The position numbers and the translations under genes were made by a program. This document shows, piece by piece, positions 47,764 to 58,024 of a DNA stretch of 64,000 nt (position 1 is the first letter of the stretch; every line of letters starts with the position of its first letter). Under the pieces are notes generated by a model, which worked only from the letters and a program-made list of their open reading frames with translations, did no database searches and was not told the DNA's origin. This DNA comes from Hyaloraphidium curvatum SAG 235-1. Taxonomy: Eukaryota > Fungi > Monoblepharomycota. The stretch spans positions 186,001-250,000 of the forward strand of contig JAIVFI010000024.1 of assembly GCA_025558095.1 (NCBI GenBank), read 5' to 3'.

Positions 47764-48641
47764 CTAGTCGAGAGGTTGACAGTCCTCGCCTTGGCCATCC
47801 TCGATGTACTGTTTGACCGTCTGGCAAACCCACGACTTTCAGCCCCTCCCTCGAACCGTTTCCGCGCGGCACCCACCTTCATCGGACAGTACGGGTCGCA
47901 GGTCCCGTTGTGGAAGTGCAGCCAGCCCAGCTGCTTGTACGGATACGACACGTACTCCTGGTCCACGGTCTTTCCATTTTCCACCTTGTGAAGGTTTCTC
48001 ATGCTGGGTGTGAACCACCTCATGGTCTCCTTCGGGCCGCCGGGGCCGAGGTATCCCGCGCCGTTGGAGCAGCCGGGGTGGGCACGCGGGTTCAAGACGC
48101 ATTTGAAGTAGTAGTTGCCTGGGAGGGACGCTCAGTGGTGACAGACCATCACCTCCAGGTCACTTACAGTCGGTCGGCGGGTTGTCGCCGTTGCCATGGC
48201 ACTGGAGGACGCCGTTGTTCAGGCGCATCCACGCTACCTCATTACACCACGTATTCGGGAGCGTGATCCAGGTGGGTCCCTGGTTGGGCGAGAAGGGCTT
48301 GGCCGTGGTCTTCGGGGCGCCCTTGGCGGTAGTTTTTGCTGCGGCGCGCTTGCTGGTCGTCCTCTTCCGCTTCGTGGTCGTCTTCCGCTTCTTCGATGTG
48401 GTCTTCTTCGGCGCGTTCGGCTCGACGTCGGGTCCCCTGCGGTGCGCGCGTCATCGGGCGGCATCGGGAGGCAATCGAGCGGCGCGTACCGTCGACGGAG
48501 GTCGGAGAGCTCGGCGTCGGGCGCGGAGAGCTCCGTGGCGTCGCGCGGTTCGAGTTCGCCGCCGCGCGGCGCCGAAGCGACGAACGAGGCCATCGCGGCC
48601 AGCAGGGCCGCGAGGAGGACGGCGACGATGGTCGTCCGCAT
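47764..48641 (-). CDS. Small secreted Cys-rich protein with signal peptide and Lys/Thr-rich linker; 4 exons
   Basis: MRTTIVAVLLAALLAAMASFVASA signal, LRRR basic site, KKTTSKKRKTTTKRK linker, then a domain with about 8 Cys. Canonical splice sites. Confidence 0.75.
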
Positions 48642-49290
48642 TCTGCGGCGTTGTGCGGGGCGGGCACGCGAAGGCACAGGTTCTCGCGAGTGGTTCTCGC
48701 GGCGATGCCTAAATGAGGAGAGGGGACGTTGTGGTGGCTTGGCTTGGCTCGAGACCCAGGACCCGTTCTCGGTCAGACCGAATCCCCGCCCTTCAGACGC
48801 GCCCATTGGGCCATCCAGCTCTACAAATCCCGTCCCCTACGCCTCCATCTTCATCGGAAGGTCTTATGGCGGTCGATGGCCGCGGAATGGGATTTCGGAG
48901 TGGCGCCCCGCACGTGCTTCGGCATCTTTCGCCGGAACGGCGCCGGCCTCCCGCGGACCATGAAGCCTTCGCAGACTAGTTATGCGCTGATGATGTACAG
49001 TGACGCCGATGATGGTCGCCGTCTGCGACCGGGTCCCCTCGGCGCGAGACGGACTAGTTCGCTGACAGCGATCCAACTGAGGAACCACTTCCGGCAGCGG
49101 AGGTGAACTGGAAAAGAAGAAGAGAAGCAAACAAGGGTATCCTCGAGCGCTGTTGACGCAGAAAAGACATTCTTGTCCGCTCCCTGCATTGCCTGTCCCG
49201 TTGTGCCGGAAGTGCGCGACCCGTTCCGTCACCATCCATTTTCCAATCTCGGCCCGTTCTCGTCGCGTTCCACTCCATCCCTCAAGCCCG

Positions 49291-50550
49291 CTAGCCGAAA
49301 GTGCGGAAAAATCCGCGGGAGCCAAAGCCCTCCGTCCACGGTTGCGCACCACCCGGCTCGCCGCTTGGCCAGATCCTCCTCGACCGGCTCACGAAGGTGT
49401 TCAGTTCCAAGATGCCTTCCACCGCATCCACCGGGAGCTCGTCCGAGCAAATGCACCCTTGTAAGGCATCAGGACAATCGAACGTGCAGCCAAAGATGGT
49501 GAACGTGGGAACCTTGATGCAGAGGATTGCCGCAAGGTCGCGGCCGGGGTCTGACAGGGAGAAGGTGCACATGTGCAAAAGAAAACGGCAGCGATTGAAG
49601 TGCAAGGCATCGCCGACCACCGACTCGAAATCGCACTCCACAAAGATTGCTCCTGTGTCCACGTCTAGGATCGGCCCAAACCCGAGAGTATCAGGATCCT
49701 CTGGTTCGTTCGGGTCGGGGACGTGGTTTTCGAGGGTCCTGAGAACCAGGTTCTCGAGAACAAGGGGAGCGGAGACGTTAATCGCGGCAGGAGGAAAGGT
49801 CCCGTCGTAAGTAATAAAGCATTCGAAAGTCAGAACAGGCTTCTGCTCCCCCAAGCCGACCAAGCGCAGAGGTTTGTAGACTATCAGGGTCGGTTGAACG
49901 CCACCGTCCTCGTCGGTCATGGGGGGAAAGTCAAAGTCTCCGACGAGGCCAATCGTGGTGCCCCAGTAGTCGAAGTGACCGTCCTCGCCGCTCAGGATCT
50001 TCAGTAGCGCGTCGACTCCTTCGGGACCGCCATGCACGATGAAATTGGGGCGACGCGGAAAGCAGAACGCATTGAAGAGGTACGGCTCCGGTTCGGCGGC
50101 CTTGGCGGCTTCCGAATGGTGCTCTTCGCAAGACCTCACTTTCGCAACCATATCGAAGGTGTACGTGTCCATTTTTCCGCACACGCGGCAGTGGAACGTC
50201 GCCACCTGCGAGGCGAACTTCCTCCACCCGTCGCGCTCCGCGGCCGCGGCGATTCCGGCGGGTCCGAAGAAGGCGAGCGGGTCGAGCTCGGCGGCGAAGT
50301 CCTCCCAGAGCTCCGCGACGCGTTCGAAGATGGAGAGCGCGCGGCACGTTGAGCACAGTCGAACGAGCGAGACGAGGTCCATCTTCGAGGCCACCAGCTG
50401 GACGAGCTCGGGGGGCAGGCGCATGAGCTCGAAAACGGGAGCGGTTCCCGAGGCGGGGGCCGCGGCCTCCAACCGTCCGGCGTCGTCGAAAAGCGCATCG
50501 TTCGAAAGCAACGCAGAATGGCCAGGCACGGCTTCCGACGGCGTAGACAT
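49291..50550 (-). CDS. F-box protein with possible beta-helix-like C-terminal region
   Basis: LMRLPPELVQLVASKMDLVSLVRLCSTCRAL F-box. 3' end uncertain. Confidence 0.8.
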   Translation of the reverse strand: MSTPSEAVPGHSALLSNDALFDDAGRLEAAAPASGTAPVFELMRLPPELVQLVASKMDLVSLVRLCSTCRALSIFERVAELWEDFAAELDPLAFFGPAGIAAAAERDGWRKFASQVATFHCRVCGKMDTYTFDMVAKVRSCEEHHSEAAKAAEPEPYLFNAFCFPRRPNFIVHGGPEGVDALLKILSGEDGHFDYWGTTIGLVGDFDFPPMTDEDGGVQPTLIVYKPLRLVGLGEQKPVLTFECFITYDGTFPPAAINVSAPLVLENLVLRTLENHVPDPNEPEDPDTLGFGPILDVDTGAIFVECDFESVVGDALHFNRCRFLLHMCTFSLSDPGRDLAAILCIKVPTFTIFGCTFDCPDALQGCICSDELPVDAVEGILELNTFVSRSRRIWPSGEPGGAQPWTEGFGSRGFFRTFG

Positions 50551-50787
50551 GGTCGTGTTTGCAGGATATCGCGGGCGGGACAGCGGGACCAATCAACCAA
50601 GAAGCGTCGAGCGCAGACTCGAGATGCGTTGCATGTGCTGACCAACGAAAAGAGAAGCAAGAATGAGATGGTCGGGTATGGATGTCAATGTATTTAGTAA
50701 CTATTATACCTCCATTTCGCCCTCGTGCGACATCGTTACACAAGCGCCCAATCAAGGCCCTCAATCTTCCTGGGCCGTCAAAAGGGC

Positions 50788-51512
50788 ATGAGCTCCAGCT
50801 CAGCCGGTGCTCCGGGAGCAATAAGTTCGGGCCGCGGTGCAGCTGGTGGCGGGCCACCACGGCCACCTCCCGAGCTCTCTCCGCGCGAGTCCCAACCGGA
50901 GCTGGGAGACGCCGAAGCCGGCGATGAAGAGCGTGCGAGCGAGGAGTCCGACGATGCTTTCGATGGGATGAGCAGCGGAATCCGGACGCCTGCGTACAGC
51001 TGGACCGCGAGCGATGCTGGGACGAAATCGAGCGAGACGGGCTCTCCAGAATCGGACTCCATTGATTCGGAAGCTTCCGACGATAGCAGCTATTACGGGT
51101 GGGTCCTGCACTTGTCGTGTTGTATTTGCCGCTGAAGCCACTTTGCCGCAGCCCCCAGGGAGAGGAGGACACTCCACCCGAGAGCCCGGCGCATGATCAA
51201 GATGAAGTTGGCACTGGGAGCAAGAACGAAGGACCAGCTCACGCCCTTGGCGACGACGTCGATCATCCCGCAGCACGCAGCGGCGATCTGAAAGCCTCCG
51301 GAGAAGGCTCCGACTCGGAATCGCCCGCGGCATTGAGCGCGGTCGCAAGCGAGTTGCGGCAGGGAGCTGCGGTGACGGATCCGGGCAGCAGAGGAAACAA
51401 GCTCGATCGCAGCGAGAACCCCGAGGGAGATGCAGGGCCGGGCGGTGCTGGCAGAACGGCGATCGGAACGGCCCTGCCAGCTTTGGAGGCGGGGAAGCGG
51501 CGGAAGAGCTAA
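50788..51512 (+). CDS. Orphan Ser/Asp/Gly-rich disordered protein, paralog B; 2 exons
   Basis: Intron 51099-51151 at the equivalent position and same phase as in paralog A; ends in basic KRRKS. Confidence 0.6.
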
Positions 51513-51641
51513 GCTGCGCTTGCAACCACCCTTCCCGTGCTGCGCGCATGCTCGAACAAAAAGCTGGTCAATCGTTTCGAAGGTTCGAAGGCTCAATAGT
51601 CTCGAAGGCCTGCAGGTTCCAATCAAGATTGTTGCTATACT

Positions 51642-52525
51642 TCAACCCGTGCCATCCGCGGCGGCCCGCCCGACCCCGGCCTTCCGCCGCACGCGGTACA
51701 GAAACAGCGAGTCCTTCCTGAACGCGTCCATCCCGGGGAACGGCTCCACCTCGCGGTACTCGAACTTCTTGCCGAGCTTGGCCCAGAAGCGCTTGTCCGC
51801 TTTCCGGCGCTGCGTTTCCGGGCCGACGGAGAAAGATCAGGTTCTTTTGGTCGCGCATCAAGTGTGGCTCCCACCTTCTTGTACGCGATCCAGATTTCGG
51901 TTCCGGAGCGAGATGAACGCCCGTTTGCAGCCTCTTCCGCGACAGGATCCGTGAGATCGCACAGCGTGTCCACCAGGATGTCAAACAGCGACTCCAGGTA
52001 AATGCAGTCCGAAAGCAGGATCAGGTCGAACGGCAGCCTGCTTCGTATCGCGGCCGGCAGCGGTTCGCCCCAGTGCAGCGGTGCCGCCGTCACCCGATCG
52101 GCCTCGGCGGGGTCCAGGTTCAGCCGCACGTTGTGCTCCACGAGCGGCACAAAGATGTCCAGGTCCGTGATCGTGACCTGCGGCTCCCACGCCGCGCCGG
52201 TCCCGCCCAAAGAGGCGGCGACGATGCCCACGAACCCGGTGCCGCTGCCCAGCTCCAGGACGGTGCGGTACCCCGCCATCTCCCCCGGCGACGACGAGCA
52301 TTTGTGCTGCAGGTAGTCGCACATGAATATGGCCGCCTCCCAGGCCTTGCCGCCGCAGCCGCCGGCCGTGTCCTCGTCGAGCTCGATTGTCCGGCCGCCC
52401 ACGCGGTAGCTGAAGCGCGTGCCGATCCGGGGCGGCTCCTGGTCCGGCACTATGGACGACAGGTCGCCGATGGACGACGACTGCGACGACAGAGAGCTCC
52501 CCGAGGCGCTTCGGAAGATGTTCAT
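51642..52525 (-). CDS. METTL21/Efm6-like protein-lysine methyltransferase (Methyltransf_16); 2 exons
   Basis: GCGGKAWEAA, VLELGSGTG, ITDL, LHWGE, SDCIY, YKKRRKADKRFW. Confidence 0.9.
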
Positions 52526-52607
52526 GTCGAATGTTTACGGTCGCGTCTATAGGGCGCCGCGTCGATCACCCGCCGCTTCACCTCCTTCGGGCGCAGAGGT
52601 GCCGGCA

Positions 52608-55014
52608 ATGGAGGCCGGCGCCGCCAACGACGAAGACGCTCACATGGAGGACGCCGGCGTGGACAACCCGCGCGCGCCGGACCCGGGCTCCGTGCAGCCC
52701 GCCGACGGCAGCGACGCGCCAAAGGGCACCGCGCCCGCGGACGGCGACGACGAAGTGCCGCCGCCGCCGCCCGGCCCGCCGCCGCCCCTGAAGCCGCCGC
52801 AGTGGAAGGAGCACAAGACGCCCGAGGGCGTGCCGTACTGGTACAACACGGCCACGAAGGAGAGCGTGTGGGAGAAGCCGGCGGGCATGGACGTCCCTCC
52901 GCCTCCCCCGGGGCCGCCGCCAGGCCCGCCACCGGGGAGGCCGCCGAAGCACGGGAAAGGCGGGAAGCGGGATCGCGACCGAAAGCCGAAGGAACGCGTC
53001 GTGGGGTGGTGGGTTGGCGCGTACTCTCCTCCGAGAAAGGCAGTCGAAGCTGACAGCTCGGAAACCAGCAAGCGAATACCTTCGACTCCTTTTGCCGTGG
53101 TCATCACTCAGCCGTCGTCGTTCGAGTTCTTTTACAACGTGGAGACCAAGGAGTCGACCTGGGATGTGCCGGACGAGATCCGGGAAAAGCTGGGAGCTTT
53201 AATCGAGGAAGGCAAGCGCAGGATCGCCGAGGAGGAGGAGAACGAGCGCAAGAGGCAACGGGAGCGCGAAGAGGCGGAAAAGGCCGCGGAAGAGGAGGCC
53301 CGTAAGCGGCGCAAGGTCGAGTCCGAGGACGAGTCCTCGGAGGACGAGTCCTCGGAGGACGACGAGGTTGCCGCGCGGATCCGGGCGCTGCGCGGGGAAC
53401 CGGCCAAGGAAACGACCCCGGAAGCCGAGCGAAAGGAGAAGGACGGCGACGAAAAGGCCAAGAAGAAGGAGAAGGAGAAGCCGCCGCCGGACCCTCCCGA
53501 GGTGGTCGCCGCGCGGATCGAGGCCTACAAGCATCTGCTTTCCGAGCAGAAGCTCTCGGCCTTTTCCCTCTGGGAGGCTGTCGAGGCCTCCATCTCCGGC
53601 GACACACGCTACGCGGACCTGCCCGCGCCGGAGCGCCGCCGCCTGTTCGACGAGCACTGCGCGCAGCTCGCCCAGAGTAAGGCCGCCGCCAAGGAGGCCG
53701 CGGAGCCGGCGCCGCAGGCCGCCTTCCGCGCTTTCGTCGCCGAGCATGCCGGGCACCGGACCACGTTCGCCGAGTTTGTGCGGAAGCACGCGCGCGACAG
53801 GGACTTTCTTGCGCTCAAGGATCCGCGGCAGCGGGAGCGGGTGTTCGAGGAGGTGGTGGCGGACAAGAAGGAGCGCCACGAGGCCAACGTGCGGGAGTCC
53901 AGGCCCGGTTTCATGGAGCTGCTGAAGGAGACCAAGATCGGAGAACGGGAGGATTGGAAGGACGTGGGTTGAAGGCGTGGTCTGCCTCGCCAGCCGAACT
54001 TGTTGACCCCGGTTTCATCTGCAGGTCAAGAAGCGGATCGATAGGGATCCGCGCTACCGCGCCGTGTACTCGAGCACGGACAAGGAGGTCTGGTTCAAGG
54101 AGCACGTGGCCGCGCTCAAGGAGCAGCGCGCAAAGGAGGACTCAGAGAAGAACAAGGCGGACCGTAAATCCCGGGAGGAAGCCGCGCTGGCCGCCCGCGA
54201 GGCCGAGGCGGCGCGCAAACGGAAGGAGCTCGAGTACTCGCAGCGCCGCGCCGTCGGGGGATACCGCCGCGAGGAGGCGGAGCGGGAGCTGGCGGCGCTG
54301 CTGGTGGACCTGGTCCGGTCGCACGACGCGCGGTTCGTGGACATGCTGCCTCGCCTGCAGCGGGACGCGCGGTGGCGCCAGATCGCGGGCTCGCTGGACG
54401 AGCAGAAGATCGAGATGATCTACTCGGACCACCTGGACACGGTTTGGAAGAAGAGGCTCAGGGCGTTCCACGATCTTTTGAACTCGCTGGTCGGGCGGGG
54501 GACCCAGTTCGACGACGTATGGCCGTCGCTGAAGGGGGACCCGGTCGTTGCCCGCCTGGAAAAGACCGAGCCGGAAATCCGGACGCTTTTCCAGGAGTAC
54601 ATGGGCTCGCAGTCCCGCAAGGCGGAGCAGGACTTCATGGACGAGCTGCGGGAGAGCACGTTCCTGCAGTTCCACGTGCGCAATGCGGTCCAGGCCGTCG
54701 AGGCCGAGGTCAACGAGGAGCTGGAGAAGCGCGGGTCCAAGGCCGAGTCGACGGCCGGCGTCGCGGTGGACGACGGAAAGGTCTGGGAGCACATCGATCT
54801 GGACGAGGTGCACGCGGTGCTCAAGGAGGACAAGGCCTACCGCGGCGTGGAAAAGGCGGAGCGGGATCGGATGGTCCTTGCGTTCATCCGGAGGATGATC
54901 GCCGAGGTCAAGGCCGAAGCCGGCGGCACGCGGGACCTCCTGTTGGCGAAGCTTGCGGGAGGCAAGGTCGGAGGGGACGACGATGAGGCGCCGAAGCCGC
55001 CTATCAGGCGGTGA
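52608..55014 (+). CDS. TCERG1/Urn1-like WW + FF domain transcription-splicing factor
   Basis: WW domain WKEHKTPEGVPYWYNTATKESVWEKP, a second WW-like FFYNVETKESTWDVP, multiple FF repeats (ERRRLFDEH, RERVFEE). Confidence 0.88.
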
Positions 55015-55100
55015 ATAGAAACGGGTGCGTCGCAGCCCAGTTCACCTCGTCGGCCCCATCCGACCTCAACCACACATGCAAAGTGCGTCAGTGATTGTGC

Positions 55101-55132
55101 GGATACGTGATGACCAACTACACCATTCGGAC
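55101..55132 (-). pseudogene. 5' fragment (32 nt) of tRNA-Val(CAC)
   Basis: GTCCGAATGGTGTAGTTGGTCATCACGTATCC is identical to 63825-63856; no T arm or 3' acceptor strand follows. Confidence 0.88.
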
Positions 55133-55895
55133 GGGTCGTTGCCGTCTGAAGCTGCGGCGGACCCTCCGACCACTCGCCATCCTTGCGCCGGGCCCCCGGC
55201 GTGGTCCGACGGCCCACCCGCACCCGCTCCCCTCGGCGGCCCGGATAACTCTGACAGCTGGCCCTAGAGCTGAACATCCTTGGCAATTCATGGATCAATT
55301 GTTATCGGACATTTTGTCTGACCGGCTTGGGATCAGGGCGGCAAAAGCTGGCCGGCCACGCCAGGATCGGGACTCGCTGGGCAACGGGCTGGGCATTACG
55401 TTCCGTAATCCGGTGATACCAACAGGCTACCACGGCATCTGTGCCCTCGATTTGGTTCTCTCGTCTGCATTCCCGCGGGTCGGGGGCCTCTTTCGCCGCT
55501 TGGCCAACACGGCCCGGCATGGGGATGCACCTCTCCGGCTCCGGCCTCACGCATCCATGGCGCCATTGCCGCCCTAGCGCAAGCGAGCACAACCTCGATC
55601 GATGTGCAGGATGTCGGGCGAATCTGTTTGGGATCCCAGCGGTGCGGTGGGCGATGCGGCGGCAAGGGGATCAGCGCCGAACAGCGGATGCTCGCGCACG
55701 GTGGACCATCGGGGAGGCCTGGACCCCAAAGCAGCTTCAAATGCATCTTAAAACAGGAAAATGGGCATGAATTGGTGTTTAGCGGTCTTGGCCTTCGAGG
55801 TCGAAGGGCGCACGTGTATGGTCGAGATCGCCGAGGCCAATCCCGCCCAGGTCACACAGAGCAGGCCTGTTCGCCCATCCATCAGTCCTCGACGT
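55101..55895. repeat. Left arm of ~0.8-kb inverted repeat
   Basis: 55101-55746 is the gap-free reverse complement of 63211-63856 (about a dozen mismatches by eye); diverged similarity continues for ~150 bp. Confidence 0.95.
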
Positions 55896-56155
55896 AGCTT
55901 TACAGCTTTTGCGCGACGCAATCAAGCCATGGCGCTCTGGTCTCGAAGATCTCACGTCTGCTGGAGTGAGGTGTGGGCTGCTCCTCCATCTTCCGACCTC
56001 CCCTGCTCCTGGGAGTTTGCGGATCTCCCCCCAGTCGACGCCGGCGTAACGGCGTGGCACCGTCTGCTGTTGGGGCGGACTGTTTCAGCCCGCGCAGACC
56101 GGTTGGCGCACTGCACGACCTCCCAAACACCCAACTTCACGTCTGCTGCTTGATA

Positions 56156-57963
56156 ATGCCGCCGACGACCAACCTTCGCTACGTTTCGGCGGGCGATTCC
56201 TCCGTGGCATCCGCAAAATGCCGCGTCATTCTCGCCGAAAGGTCGCTCCTTGACGCGTCCTCGGCCGACATAGTCGCGTCGGCCGCCGGCACCCTCCCGG
56301 GGTCCGCAGAGCCTTTCCTCGACGGATCTGTCGACAGCCTCACGCTGTTCGGACCCGGAAAGAAGGGAGAGCGCGCGCAGGTCACCCTCGCGGCGTTTTC
56401 GGCGGAACGAAGCCGGCACTTGGGCGTCGTTCGCGGGGACGCGATCACGGATGCGGTCTCCAGGCTCGTTCCCAAGGCGGGAGACGCGTCAGTTACGGCA
56501 AGTTTCTCCCAGCGTCTCTTTCCACCTCAGCTGACGCTCATCGGTCACCCGGCGTTCCGCTTTCCTCTGACGTTCCGCGTTTTTGACCTGCGGCATTCCG
56601 CGGACGTTCCGCGTTCTTGTGACCTTGCCCGATCCTCAGCTCATTCTGGAGTCGGAGTCCCAGGCTTTTGCCGCCGGAATTGCCGTTGCCCGCGGCCTGC
56701 CGCAGTTCTCCCGAAAGACTACTTCAGCGGCCCCGGACCGGACCGTGACGGTCAACATCGTGACCCGCGATGGCAAGGCCGCCGACCTGGGCAGGATCGA
56801 GCGCGTTGCAAACGCGATCCGCTTTTGCGCGCGTCTGGTTGACACTCCTGCCGGCGATCTCCACACGGAGGCGTACCAGGCCGAAGTGGAGGCCGTGGCC
56901 GCCGAGCTGGCACCGAAGGGCGTCACTCTGACCATCATCAAGGGGGAAGAGCTCGAAAAGCAGGGCTACGGTGGCCTCTGGAATGTCGGAAAGGCGTCGG
57001 AACATCCTCCCGTCTTTTGCGTCCTCAAGTACACCCCCGCGGGAGCTACGAAGACAACGGCCTTCGTCGGCAAGGGAGTGGTCTTCGACACGGGCGGGCT
57101 TGACATCAAGACGAAAGAGTATATGGGAGGGATGAAGGATGACATGGGAGGCTCTGGAGCGTGCCTGGCCGCCTTTGCCGCCCTCGTTCGTGGATCGTAT
57201 TCCCAGAACCTCGCCTGCGTGATGGCGATCGTCGAGAACTCGGTGGACAGCAAGTCGTACCGACCGGACGACATCATCAAGCTCAAGAGCGGGCTCACGG
57301 TTGAGATCAACAACACGGATGGCAAGTTCGGGGTCGAACTCCAGCGACGGCGCTTTTGCTGATTCTGGTTCGACAGCCGAGGGGCGGCTCATTTTGGGCG
57401 ACGCTGTTGCTTTTGCTTCCGGGGAACTGGAACCCAAGCCGGACTACATCCTTGACTTGGCCACTCTGACAGGTACGCGGTCAAGATTTCATTTCGGCTA
57501 CACTGCCCCTAACGTGTTACCCCGCCAGGTGCTCAGAGTTATGCTACCGGCTTGAAGCACGCTGGTCTGCTGACCAAGGACGAGGAACTCGAGAGCCAGG
57601 TCGTCGCCTGCGGCAAGCGGAGTGGCGATCTCGTCTTCCCTCTGATCTACTGTCCCGAGCTCCTCGGAATCGACCGGCAGTTTGGCTCGGAGATTGCAGG
57701 TTCGCATCGGGCGGCGAAGACGTCGATGGCTCTCTCACTTGTTCGCGACAGACATGAAGAACAGCGTGAAGGACCGCGGAAATGCGGCGTCGAGTTGTGC
57801 CGGCCACTTCATCGAGGCTCACTTCTCTAAGGACTGGAAGGGGAAATGGGGCCACCTGGACATCGCAGCACCGGCCTCCCTCACGGGGCACAGCGGCGAT
57901 CGGGCAAGCGGGTATGGCGTGGCGCTGTTGGTCGAGTTCGCGGAATCTGTGGCCAAGGCTTGA
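56156..57963 (+). CDS. M17 leucyl aminopeptidase, NPEPL1-like, multi-exon
   Basis: RLVDTP, VGKGVVFDTGG, MKDDMGG, NNTDAEGRL (spliced), DLATLTG, HLDIA. Confidence 0.92.
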
Positions 57964-58024
57964 TCACAAATCGCGATTTTCTACCTCTGAGGTGCAAGAT
58001 CTGTACATCTACAGTTGAAGAAGC

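Noticed and set aside
55020-55132. Complete tRNA with a long intron on the minus strand
   Set aside because: A CGGATG resembling the 3' anticodon strand occurs downstream, but no TTCG T arm or matching acceptor strand follows.
55095-55577. ORFs inside the inverted repeat (also 63380-63925) and inside the tRNA-Val(AAC) flanks
   Set aside because: They overlap tRNA sequence, lack codon bias and motifs, and are shared only because the DNA is duplicated.
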